Positions 1 through 10,357 of a stretch of 64,000 bases of DNA are shown here, piece by piece. Numbering within the stretch: the first letter of the stretch is position 1; the number at the start of each line of letters is the position of its first letter. The DNA lies in assembly GCA_020184695.1 (NCBI GenBank), contig JAANOX010000036.1, positions 1-64,000 of the forward strand. Direction: 5' to 3'. The notes beneath the pieces are model-generated. The model searched no databases. It saw only the letters and a list, made by a program, of their open reading frames with translations, and had not been told where the DNA came from. A program made the translations under genes and the position numbers. Source of the stretch: Histomonas meleagridis 2922-C6/04-290x. Its lineage: Eukaryota; Protista; Parabasalia.

Positions 1-298
1 GAACAGTTTGGAATGTTTCACCACACGCAGTCGGTCTTTTAATTTATCGCCGTGTTAACAATCACATTGCACCAAAACGTATCTATGTTCGTACTGAACA
101 CATCCAACACTCAAAGTGCAGGGATGACTTCAAGAACCGTGTTGCACAAACACAAAAGCTTAAAAAGGAAGCTAAAGAAAAGAGATCAAACTTGATAAGG
201 CATCCCTAAGCGCCTTCCAGCACAACCAAGGAAGCACATGTTGTGAAGCCAGAAGTTATCAAGCTGTATGCTTCACACCATTCCGTGAAACTTGGTAA
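1..298 (+). pseudogene. RPL21: Mirror copy of the 3' part of RPL21 (indel-damaged, runs off the window edge)
   Basis: Reverse complement of 9270-9571 with 1-nt indels. Confidence 0.9.
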
Positions 299-615
299 AA
301 ATCAGTATCTTTTAAATTCTGGAAATCTTTCTAAAATATTTTCTTATCTAATCATAAACCCTTTTACTCAGCCGTGTGTTTCTTTTCGTCTTGAAGTTGT
401 TCAACTTTATCAGATAATTCTTTAAGTCTTTCATCTACTTTTTTAAGCATATTATCAACACCAGTAGTGATAGATCTCATCATTTCTTCCATTTGTTTTG
501 TTGTTCCAATAATAATGAGATATAATCAACTTCTTCTTCTTTTTGAGACATTTAATTAACGGTCTTCATGTAAAACTTTTCGAAGCGAACAAACCTCTGT
601 CATTTCAAGGAATCA

Positions 616-964
616 TGCTCGAACAGGTTGATGGACCACATTTTGAGCATAAAAAGAATCATGCTATCTCAACTCCATTCCGCAACGCATTTTTTGAACC
701 TTGTTTAAGAACTTGCGTTCCAAAAGAATTTTTCAACAGCAATTTGACCAAATAAATCATAATCATGAACCAATCGTAATAAATGGAGAAAAATTTTTCA
801 GACTATCCGATGTAAAAAAAATTATTGAAGATGAACTAAAAAAAAAAGAAGAAGAAATCCATCAAAATTTTTTAAAACAATTAACAGATGAATTATCTAG
901 ACAAGCAGGTAACACACCTGACAGTGAAGCAGAGTCTGGCAATGACACACATTTATATGATTAA
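616..964 (+). pseudogene. Mirror copy of the akirin-like gene, frameshifted
   Basis: ORFs 543-755 and 701-964 together reproduce the 8600-8950 protein with a 1-nt break. Confidence 0.85.
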
Positions 965-1090
965 TATATTATTTACTTTTATATAACTTTTTATAACTAT
1001 AGAACTTCGTATTTTAGGGTTTTGTTTATTGAATAAAATTGTTGTAGATAACTTTTAATATTTTTTTCCCCCTTTAACAAGAGATTCGTA

Positions 1091-2463
1091 ATCCGAACTG
1101 AGATTGTCAATATGAATTTTGAAGAAACAGCTCAAAGAAGAATTTGCATTCGACAAAGATCTTAGAATTAAACAAATCTTAACAAATAGAAGTATAACAA
1201 ATTCTAATTGGATTGATATTGATGATGAAGAAAATTTATTTTATGATTCCAATTCTTTGAATCAATATTTTAAAACACTTGACATGGAAATTCAATCCAA
1301 AGATACTGACAATGTACATAATATATTGTTATCGATTGCGTCACATTTATCATATAACAAAGATATGCCAAAAGAAATTGAAGAATCAATCGTTAAATCA
1401 AATTTACTTCCACAAATGAAATATTTATTAACTCTAGGGATTGACTCCATTTCAGAGTCATCAATAATCTTATTAAATGTCTTAGTGCAATCTTCTAATG
1501 TTATTCTTAGTTTTTTTTTGGAAATGCAATTTCCTAAAATCCTCATAGAGTTCTTCATGGCAAACAAGGTGTTTCGATATTCTAAAGTTATTTAAAACAT
1601 GTATAACAAAGCAAGATAATTTCAAAGAGTTTTCAATAATCAGATTTTTAACCCTCATAAATAATATATTAGAAAGCTCACAAGACGCAACTCTCCATGT
1701 GTTAATTCTCAATTCTTATCTGTTTATTCACAAATAATGATATTTCATTACCAATTATTCCCGACATGTTAACCAAAATTATAACCCTTTCTTCCAACAT
1801 TTTAAGCATTGACGATGAAACAATACAATCACAGCTTTTTCAAACGACCGTTAATATATTTCTATCATTTTGTTCAAGTCCAATTCGATTAAATCTTTTG
1901 CACCAACTTCATTTAGATTCATTAATATATGAATCATTACCAATTTTACCTCCATCTATTATTACTTCTGCGACATTTCTTTATTTGAAATTACTTAAAT
2001 TTTATTCAGTTGAAGAAAAAGCGAAAATTTTATTATCATTAAACATTGAACCATTTATTAACTTATTTAATGAAGCAACGGACAAAACAATTATAAACTT
2101 AATAGAGATATTAATTGAAGCTGTTCAAATAAATGAAGAATTAATTGGTTATATATTCAACTGGAATTATTAGCCATTTAATTAACGAGATATTACCAAA
2201 TGCGATTTTTAGAGAAAAAGAAGTGATTTTGCACTTTTTTTGTATTGTTTTAATGAAAACTAAAATTAGAGATTGCATTGAGGTGTTCCAATCTGTGTGT
2301 TTTGTTGAGGCATTGATTGATTTGGCATCGATTTATGCGGATAATGGTTCTGTTGAAAGTAAAAATGATTAAAGAAACATTAAAAATATTATTCGAATGC
2401 GCTGAGGAAAGTTCACAAATTCGTATGCTGATTAATGAAGCAAGAGAATACGGAATTTTGTGA
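1091..2463 (+). pseudogene. Mirror copy of the ARM-repeat gene, several frameshifts
   Basis: ORFs 1119-1595, 1766-2173 and 2145-2372 are pieces of the 7095-8450 protein. Confidence 0.9.
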
Positions 2464-2709
2464 TGAATTTGTTGGAATGTATGAATAAAAAAAATTTAAT
2501 TGTACATTTTCAATCTTGATATCAAATTCTATGATTTTACAGGGCACGATGTTAAATAAATTCAAATCTATTTAATATTTTCATTGTTTCAAAATATATA
2601 AATGTATTTATAAATAATTAATGAAATTATTATATTTTATTAAAAACAACTAAATTTATTGTGTTATTGATCATCACTGATTAAAATCGAAATTTCCTAT
2701 TATTTTTAA

Positions 2710-3545
2710 GTCATATGTGTCTTCTTGACTATAAGAGTCATTTTCTGTTGTTTGATATTCATCACTTAATGACTCATTAGAATCAGAATTATATGATTCA
2801 TCATCATTATCAAGAATCACATGAACACCTAGTTTGCTAAATGCTTTTTTGTCCGTAAAATCATTGCCTCTTAGAGAAAGTTCCTTTAAATTTGGGAGGT
2901 ATTTTAAGAGATTAGAAAACCCGTTTTGATAGCTTTGTTTGAAGCGGTTGTTATCAAAATTCAATTTTCGGACGTTAAGGCTTTCTACGAAAATGGAACC
3001 AACAAAACAAAAGAAATTCAAGATGAGAGTAGTTCATGTTCAAAGGAAATCTAATATCTCCATTAAATACTTTGTTACTAAGTCAGAAAGATTAAGTGAT
3101 TGCTCTTCTTCATTATAACAATATTGGAGACAAGATTTGAGCTCACTCCATTTTTGTTTTTGTTTGATAATAGAGTGGCATTTTAGAAATAAAAGTGAGG
3201 TCCCTTTTAAATTTTTATCCCGTTTTTCTTGTAAATTGTTTCAGTATCTTCTCGTGATCTGTAGTATTAGCAAAATAAAATTATCATGTATTTCTTGCTG
3301 GCTTTGGAGACTTTGAGGAATTTAAGAACCGATGAGAACATTATCTGATTCATTTGTAGTCGATATGATCCATAGATCTTTGTCTCCTGATTTTCTTTCC
3401 TGACATGAAAATCAAGGATGTAACGGTCGCCGAAGAACGGTTGTTTTCCGCGCCAGCAACCAAATTCGAAACTAATAATCGCCAAAGTGATTTTGAATGG
3501 TTCCCTGATTTCGATTTGTAAAAATATGAATTTGAATTGCATCAT
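2710..3545 (-). pseudogene. Mirror copy of the NXF1-like gene lacking the NTF2-like domain
   Basis: ORFs 2674-3021 and 3267-3545 match 5257-6094; the ~755-nt deletion removes the 3' domain. Confidence 0.85.
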
Positions 3546-3599
3546 TTATTGCTTCTTCAAAAACCTGAAACCGAACAACTCTTTTTCCCAAAAGAAAGA

Positions 3600-4200
3600 T
3601 TAATTGTACCCAGAAAGAATTTGATTTTGCTGGATCTTTTACGTATACTGATTTGACTGAAAGCATCTTTCAATTGGATAAGATATGAGAATATGGTGGT
3701 GAAAATAGAGTACAAAGTGAGCTTCTTGCATAATTTAAGTAGTTCATATTGTCGATGAATTGAATAATTATTTGAATTCATAACAAATTTTTGATTTTTA
3801 ATATTTTTGTTCTTAAATCATTAATTAAATTTTTAAAAACATTCTTCAAATCGAATTGCATCAACATTATTTGTTTCAGTTTCATGGTATACCCAACCAT
3901 AATTTAAACCAACAGCTGCTAAAATATTCATTTTCACATCCATCGATTAATGATGATTCGAACTGCTCTTCTTTCAAATTTAGATCTTCCCCATATTTCT
4001 ACTTGTCAAAATTGTACAATTGGATCCATCAATGTAAATTTGCTGAATACTTTCTGATAAATTTGTCAATTGATCTAAATAAATTCTACATACATAACCT
4101 CTTACTCGCTGTTAAATCATTTCTGGTGCATTTGCATTTGCAAATACATAGCGAAGCTTTTTATGAAAAACATAATGGTTATATTGAAACGGAAAATGGC
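3600..4200 (-). mobile_element. Mirror copy of the IS630/Tc1-like transposase remnant
   Basis: Reverse complement of ~4580-5200; ORF 3557-3781 starts MNSNNYSIHRQYELL. Confidence 0.8.
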
Positions 4201-4358
4201 CAATATGATGTGAAAATGGCATAGAAGTCATTACAGCCTCCCTGTGTCACACATAGATGCTATGTGAGCCAGCACAGCCCCACTGCGCTGGCAGATGTGG
4301 AGTGATGAACGGTTAAATGATTGAATTGTCAAATCGGTTGGTTTTTGATTATAGCTTG

Positions 4359-4401
4359 AAATTCATGATGACATTTTAAATATAAATGTCATCATGAATT
4401 T
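4359..4401. repeat. Perfect 18-bp hairpin at the palindrome centre (AAATTCATGATGACATTT - TAAATAT loop - AAATGTCATCATGAATTT)
   Basis: 4359-4376 is the exact reverse complement of 4384-4401. Confidence 0.95.
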
Positions 4402-4599
4402 AAATATATTTTATTACTTTCAATCAAAACCAACCGATTTATGATAATTCAATCGATTTTAGCCGTTCATCCTTTAGTTTATGTAGCGCGAGTGGGAGCG
4501 AGTGCGTAGCACGAAGCTCACATAGCGCTGTGTGTGTGTGTGTATTTTTAGGAATTTGTAATGACTTCTATGCCATTTTCACATCATATTGGCCATTTT

Positions 4600-5200
4600 C
4601 CGTTTCAATATAACCATTATGTTTTTCATAAAAAGCTTCGCTATGTATTTGCAAATGCAAATGCACCAGAAATGATTTAACAGCGAGTAAAGAGGTTATG
4701 TATGTAGAATTTATTTAGATCAATTGACAAATTTATCAGAAAGTATTCAACAAATTTACATTGATGGATCAAATTGTACAATTTTGACAAGTAGAAATAT
4801 GGGAAGATCTAAATTTGAAAGAAGAGCAGTTCAATCATCATTAATCGATGGATGTAGAAAAATCAATATTTTAGCAGCTGTTAGTTTAAATTATGGTTGG
4901 GTATACCATGAAACTGAAACAAATAATGTTGATGCAATTCGATTTGAAGAATGTTTTAAAAATTTAATTAATGATTTAAGAACAAAATATTAAAATCAAA
5001 AATTTGTTATGAATTCAAATAATTATTCAATTCATCGACAATATGAACTACTTAAATTATGCCAAGAAGCTCACTTTGTACTTTTATTTTCACCACCATA
5101 TTCCCCATATCTTAATCCAATTGAAAGATGTTTCAGTCAAATCAAAGTATATGTAAAAAGATCCAGCAAAAAAAAATCAAATTCTTCTAGGTACAATTAA
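4600..5200 (+). mobile_element. Degenerate IS630/Tc1-mariner (DDE_3) transposase fragment
   Basis: Motifs IYIDGS (first catalytic D), KINILAAVSL, VMNSNNYSIH (MDN..IH region) and FSPPYSPYLNPIERCFSQIK (DDE_3 signature). In-frame TAA at 4991-4993; the upstream HKKLRYV..NAPEMI segment is in another frame. Confidence 0.8.
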
Positions 5201-5256
5201 TCTTTCTTTTGGGAAAAAAAGAGTTGTTCGGTTTCAGGTTTTTGAAGAAGCAATAA

Positions 5257-6610
5257 ATGATGCAATTCAAATTCATATTTTTACAACGAAATCAGGGAAC
5301 CATTCAAAATCAACTTTGGCGATTATTAACGAATTTGGTTGCTTTTTGGCGCGGAAAACAACCGTTCTTCGGCGACCGTTACATCCTTGATTTTATGTCC
5401 AAGGAAAAATCAGGAGACAAAGATCTATGGATCATAATCGACACAAATGAATCAGATAATGTTTCATCAGTTCTTAAATTCCTCAAGTCTCCAAAGCCAA
5501 AAAAGCAAGAAATACATGATAATTTTATTTGCTTATTATACGAATCACGAGAAGATACTGAAACAATTTACAAGAAAAACGGGATAAAATTTAAAGGGAC
5601 CCCAATTTTTATTTCTAAAATGCCACACTCTATTATCAAACAAAACAAAATGGGTGAGCTCAAATCTTGTCTCCATTATTGTTATAATGAAGAAGAGCAA
5701 TCACTTAATCTTTCTGACTTAAGTAACAAAGTATTTAATGGAGATATTAGATTTCCTTTGAACATGAACTACTTCCCTCATCTTGAATTTCTTTTGTTTT
5801 TTGTTGGTTCCATTTTTCGTAGAGAAAGCCTTAACGTCCGAAAATTGAATTTTGATAACAACCGCTTCAAACAAAGCTATCAAAACGGGTTTTCTAATCT
5901 CTTAAAATACCTCCCAAATTTAAAGGAACTTTCTCTAAGAGGCAATGATTTTACGGACAGCATTTAGCAAACTAGGTGTTCATGTGATTCTTGATAATGA
6001 TGATGAATCATATAATTCTGATTCTAATGAGTCATTAAGTGATGAATATCAAACAACAGAAAATGACTCTTATAGTCAAGAAGACACATATGACACATCA
6101 GAAACGTCAGAAGAAAGACCTAAAATGACATCAGATATGTGGGAGCCAAGATATTCTACTCCACCATCAACAGATCCAAGTTTAATATCAACTGTACGTT
6201 CAATGATTGAATCTTTTATTGAGGATAATACGCAACATAATGATTTAGCTATGTATTATTCATCAAGATCATTATTTTCTATTCTATTTGCGAATGCAAG
6301 TAGAGATTCACCGCTTGCAAAGTTTTTTAAATATAACAGAAACTTAACAATTCCATCAAATATGTCAATTAAAGTACCGTGCGGACCATCTGAGATAATA
6401 AAGTTTCAAAACGAATTATTTCCAAACGGGTTCAAAATGAATAACACTACAATTGAAATACAATTTGTGGAAAATTTGTTCTTCGCTGTAAATATAATTG
6501 GGAATACTGTTTTGGATGAAAAAGAATATAATTTCAATAGAACTTTAACAGTTGTAGGCGAAAATCAATGTTTGTATATTTCTAATGACATTGTGACATT
6601 TCGTTTTTAA
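5257..6610 (+). CDS. NXF1/TAP/Mex67-like mRNA export factor (RRM-like, LRR, NTF2-like; no UBA seen), frameshifted at ~5960
   Basis: LRR segments LKSCLHYCYNEEEQSLNLSDL, VRKLNFDNNRF and LPNLKELSLRGNDF. NTF2-like motifs YYSSRSLFSI, FFKYNRNL and FNRTLTVV..LYISNDIVTF. The mirror arm has five extra A (GGACAAAAAAGCAT) that restore the frame. Confidence 0.72.
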
Positions 6611-7094
6611 GATAAATTTGCCTAATAAATACTTTATACAAATAACTGTTTTTTGTTATAATACATTCATCTTATCTGTAATGAAAATAATCATACATTA
6701 TATGTACATCTTATTAAAGTTTCTTATGGAACAAATATATTAAATCTTTTTCAATACATAATACATATTTATCAATGATATCATTCCTTGAACTACATCA
6801 AATCTAACATTTGAATTTCTTATTAAAACATAAACAACAGTAGATAATGTAAAAATAATAGGAAATTTCGATTTTAATCAGTGATGATCAATAACACAAT
6901 AAATTTAGTTGTTTTTAATAAAATATAATAATTTCATTAATTATTTATAAATACATTTATATATTTTGAAACAATGAAAATATTAAATAGATTTGAATTT
7001 ATTTAACATCGTGCCCTGTAAAATCATAGAATTTGATATCAAGATTGAAAATGTACAATTAAATTTTTTTTATTCATACATTCCAACAAATTCA

Positions 7095-8450
7095 TCACAA
7101 AATTCCGTATTCTCTTGCTTCATTAATCAGCATACGAATTTGTGAACTTTCCTCAGCGCATTCGAATAATATTTTTAATGTTTCTTTAATCATTTTTACT
7201 TCTTCAACAGAACCATTATCCGCATAAATCGATGCCAAATCAATCAATGCCTCAACAAAACACACAGATTGGAACACCTCAATGCAATCTCTAATTTTAG
7301 TTTTCATTAAAACAATACAAAAAAAGTGCAAAATCACTTCTTTTTCTCTAAAAATCGCATTTGGTAATATCTCGTTAATTAAATGGCTAATAATTCCAGT
7401 TGAATATATATAACCAATTAATTCTTCATTTATTTGAACAGCTTCAATTAATATCTCTATTAAGTTTATAATTGTTTTGTCCGTTGCTTCATTAAATAAG
7501 TTAATAAATGGTTCAATGTTTAATGATAATAAAATTTTCGCTTTTTCTTCAACTGAATAAAATTTAAGTAATTTCAAATAAAGAAATGTCGCAGAAGTAA
7601 TAATAGATGGAGGTAAAATTGGTAATGATTCATATATTAATGAATCTAAATGAAGTTGGTGCAAAAGATTTAATCGAATTGGACTTGAACAAAATGATAG
7701 AAATATATTAACGGTCGTTTGAAAAAGCTGTAATTGTATTGTTTCATCTTCAATGCTTAAAATGTTGGAATAAATGGTTATAATTTTGGTTAACATGTCG
7801 GGAATAATTGGTAATGAAATATCATTATTTGTGAAATAAACAGATAAGAATTGGAGAATTAACACATGGAGAGTTGCGTCTTGTGAGCTTTCTAATATAT
7901 TATTTATGAGGGTTAAAAAATCTGGATTATTGAAAAACTCTTTGAAATTATCTTGCTTTGTTATACATGTTGTAAATAACTTTAGAATATCGAAAACACC
8001 TTTGTTTGCCATGAAGAACTCTATGAGGATTTTAGGAAATTGCATTTCCAAAAAAAAACTAAGAATAACATTAGAAGATTGCACTAAGACATTTAATAAG
8101 ATTATTGATGACTCTGAAATGGAGTCAATCCCTAGAGTTAATAAATATTTCATTTGTGGAAGTAAATTTGATTTAACGATTGATTCTTCAATTTCTTTTG
8201 GCATATCTTTGTTATATGATAAATGTGACGCAATCGATAACAATATATTATGTACATTGTCAGTATCTTTGGATTGAATTTCCATGTCAAGTGTTTTAAA
8301 ATATTGATTCAAAGAATTGGAATCATAAAATAAATTTTCTTCATCATCAATATCAATCCAATTAGAATTTGTTATACTTCTATTTGTTAAGATTTGTTTA
8401 ATTCTAAGATCTTTGTCGAATGCAAATTCTTCTTTGAGCTGTTTCTTCAA
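7095..8450 (-). CDS. Armadillo/HEAT-repeat protein (importin-alpha-like fold), 451-aa ORF; start codon uncertain
   Basis: Helical Leu/Ile-rich ARM-like repeats (e.g. ELIGYIYSTGIISHL, CIEVFQSVCFVEALIDL). The ORF begins with TTG; the nearest upstream ATG is out of frame. Confidence 0.65.
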   Translation of the reverse strand: MKKQLKEEFAFDKDLRIKQILTNRSITNSNWIDIDDEENLFYDSNSLNQYFKTLDMEIQSKDTDNVHNILLSIASHLSYNKDMPKEIEESIVKSNLLPQMKYLLTLGIDSISESSIILLNVLVQSSNVILSFFLEMQFPKILIEFFMANKGVFDILKLFTTCITKQDNFKEFFNNPDFLTLINNILESSQDATLHVLILQFLSVYFTNNDISLPIIPDMLTKIITIYSNILSIEDETIQLQLFQTTVNIFLSFCSSPIRLNLLHQLHLDSLIYESLPILPPSIITSATFLYLKLLKFYSVEEKAKILLSLNIEPFINLFNEATDKTIINLIEILIEAVQINEELIGYIYSTGIISHLINEILPNAIFREKEVILHFFCIVLMKTKIRDCIEVFQSVCFVEALIDLASIYADNGSVEEVKMIKETLKILFECAEESSQIRMLINEAREYGIL

Positions 8451-8599
8451 AATTCATATTGACAATCTCAGTTCGGATTACGAATCTCTTTGTTAAAGGG
8501 GGATATTAAAAGTTATCTACAACAATTTTATTCAATAAACAAAACCCTAAAATACGAAGTTCTATAGTTATAAAAAGTTATATAAAAGTAAATAATATA

Positions 8600-8950
8600 T
8601 TAATCATATAAATGTGTGTCATTGCCAGACTCTGCTTCACTGTCAGGTGTGTTACCTGCTTGTCTAGATAATTCATCTGTTAATTGTTTTAAAAAATTTT
8701 GATGGATTTCTTCTTCTTTTTTTTTTAGTTCATCTTCAATAATTTTTTTTACATCGGATAGTCTGAAAAATTTTTCTCCATTTATTACGATTGGTTCATG
8801 ATTATGATTTATTTGGTCAAATTGCTGTTGAAAAAATTCTTTTGGAACGCAAGTTCTTAAACAAGGTTCAAAAAATGCGTTGCGGAATGGAGTTGAGATA
8901 GCATGATTCTTTTTATGCTCAAAATGTGGTCCATCAACCTGTTCGAGCAT
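8600..8950 (-). CDS. Small protein with an akirin-like C-terminal helix (116 aa from ATG 8950)
   Basis: FRLSDVKKIIEDELKKKEEEIHQNFLKQLTDELSRQ resembles akirin [36 protein letters not shown]; TCATT Inr-like motif upstream. Confidence 0.5.
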   Translation of the reverse strand: MLEQVDGPHFEHKKNHAISTPFRNAFFEPCLRTCVPKEFFQQQFDQINHNHEPIVINGEKFFRLSDVKKIIEDELKKKEEEIHQNFLKQLTDELSRQAGNTPDSEAESGNDTHLYD

Positions 8951-9013
8951 GATTCCTTGAAATGACAGAGGTTTGTTCGCTTCGAAAAGTTTTACATGAA
9001 GACCGTTAATTAA

Positions 9014-9202
9014 ATGTCTCAAAAAGAAGAAGAAGTTGATTATATCTCATTATTATTGGAACAACAAAAACAAATGGAAGAAATGATGAGATCTATCACT
9101 ACTGGTGTTGATAATATGCTTAAAAAAGTTGATGAAAGAATTAAAGAATTATCTGATAAAGTTGAACAACTTCAAGAAGAAAAGAAAAACACGGCTGAGT
9201 AA
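9014..9202 (+). CDS. HSBP1 (heat shock factor binding protein 1)-like coiled-coil protein, 62 aa
   Basis: LLEQQKQMEEMMRSITTGVDNMLKKVDERIKELSDKVEQL follows the HSBP1 heptad pattern and size. Confidence 0.5.
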   Translation: MSQKEEEVDYISLLLEQQKQMEEMMRSITTGVDNMLKKVDERIKELSDKVEQLQEEKKNTAE

Positions 9203-9269
9203 AAGGGTTTATGATTAGATAAGAAAATATTTTTAGAAAGATTTCCAGAATTTAAAAGAAAATTGATTT

Positions 9270-9755
9270 TTACCAAGTTTCACGGAATGGTGTGAAGCAT
9301 ACAGCTTTGATAACTTCTGGCTTCACAACATGTGCTTCCTTTGGTTGTGCTGGAAGGCGCTTAAGGGATGCCTTATCAAGTTTGATTCCTTTTTCTTTAG
9401 CTTCCTTTTTAAGCTTTTGTGTTTGTGCAACACGGTTCTTGAAGTCATCCCTGCACTTTGAGTGTTGGATGTGTTCAGTACGAACATAGATACGTTTTGG
9501 TGCAATGTGATTGTTAACACGGCGATAAATTAAAAGACCGACTGCGTGTGGTGAAACATTCCAAACTGTTCCAGTGCGGCCATTGTAAAGACGGTGTGGC
9601 ATACCCTTCATAACTGCTGAGTTTACATGAACATCAACAATATCACCAATTCTGAAAGTACGAAGTTGTTGTGATGGAGCTGGCATTCCATGTTTCCTGA
9701 ACTTACGTGCAAAAAGATAGCGTGTTCCCCAACGAAGACCTGCTGTGTGTCCCAT
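9270..9755 (-). CDS. RPL21: 60S ribosomal protein L21 (eL21)
   Basis: MGHTAGLRWGTRYLFAR...GDIVDVHVNSAVMKGMPHRLYNGRTGTVWNV; ATG at 9755. Confidence 0.97.
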   Translation of the reverse strand: MGHTAGLRWGTRYLFARKFRKHGMPAPSQQLRTFRIGDIVDVHVNSAVMKGMPHRLYNGRTGTVWNVSPHAVGLLIYRRVNNHIAPKRIYVRTEHIQHSKCRDDFKNRVAQTQKLKKEAKEKGIKLDKASLKRLPAQPKEAHVVKPEVIKAVCFTPFRETW

Positions 9756-9760
9756 TTGAT

Positions 9761-9780
9761 AAAGGAACGGCCATAACCGC
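9761..9780 (-). promoter_or_regulatory. M3-like GCGGTTATGGCC plus M5 CCTTT core promoter of RPL21
   Basis: Minus strand reads gcggttatggccgttcctttatcaaATG; matches the trichomonad MRE-like M3 and M5 elements. Confidence 0.8.
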
Positions 9781-9856
9781 AAAAAATCAATCAAAGATTG
9801 TTAAATTTACTAAACAAGAAAATAACCGTTAATAACAAAGGATAAAAAAAACATTT

Positions 9857-10249
9857 ATGGCTGATGTTTCTGATGATGCTATAAAAAGATCATACAATAA
9901 AATAATATTTGATAGAGATCAGACAAATTGGATGACAATAAGTTATGCTGATGGAAGTACAGACAAATTTATTTTAATTGATATTGGAAGCGGTGGATTA
10001 CCAGAAATGATAAAGACTTTCACACCCACGTTTAAAGGATATGCTTTTGCTAGAATTCAAGATCAAGGAAAATCAACAAAATTTATTTTAATTCAATACG
10101 TTGGTGAACAATGTACCTCTTTTCAAAAAGCAAGGACAATTGTCCACGAGGAAGATGTTACAGCAGTTTTAAAAAAATTTGATGCTAAAATATATGTATC
10201 AAAACCAGAAGATTTATCAGAAGATAAAATTCTAGTTTTGTTCAAATAG
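9857..10249 (+). CDS. ADF-H/cofilin-fold actin-binding protein (coactosin/drebrin-like)
   Basis: TNWMTISY, GSGGLPEM, YAFARI, KFILIQYVGE and KARTIVH pattern; 130 aa. Confidence 0.85.
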   Translation: MADVSDDAIKRSYNKIIFDRDQTNWMTISYADGSTDKFILIDIGSGGLPEMIKTFTPTFKGYAFARIQDQGKSTKFILIQYVGEQCTSFQKARTIVHEEDVTAVLKKFDAKIYVSKPEDLSEDKILVLFK

Positions 10250-10357
10250 TAGCACAACAATTTAAAGAAAATTTATAAAATATATGCATAAATAAAATTG
10301 TTTTTAGTTTAATATTTTTAACGTTCTATTCTGGGTAAACTTTTGAAATTTTATTCT

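Larger units (their letters stand above)
1..9571. repeat. Large imperfect inverted duplication (fold-back palindrome); left arm 1-~4376 mirrors right arm ~4384-9571
   Basis: Base 1 onward is the reverse complement of 9571 downward. All ORFs in 4560-9570 recur in mirror image with scattered indels. The left arm lacks ~6095-6849 (junction at ~2708-2710). Confidence 0.97.

Noticed and set aside
1-4376. Left-arm ORFs as novel independent genes
   Set aside because: All are indel-broken mirror copies of genes at 4560-9571.
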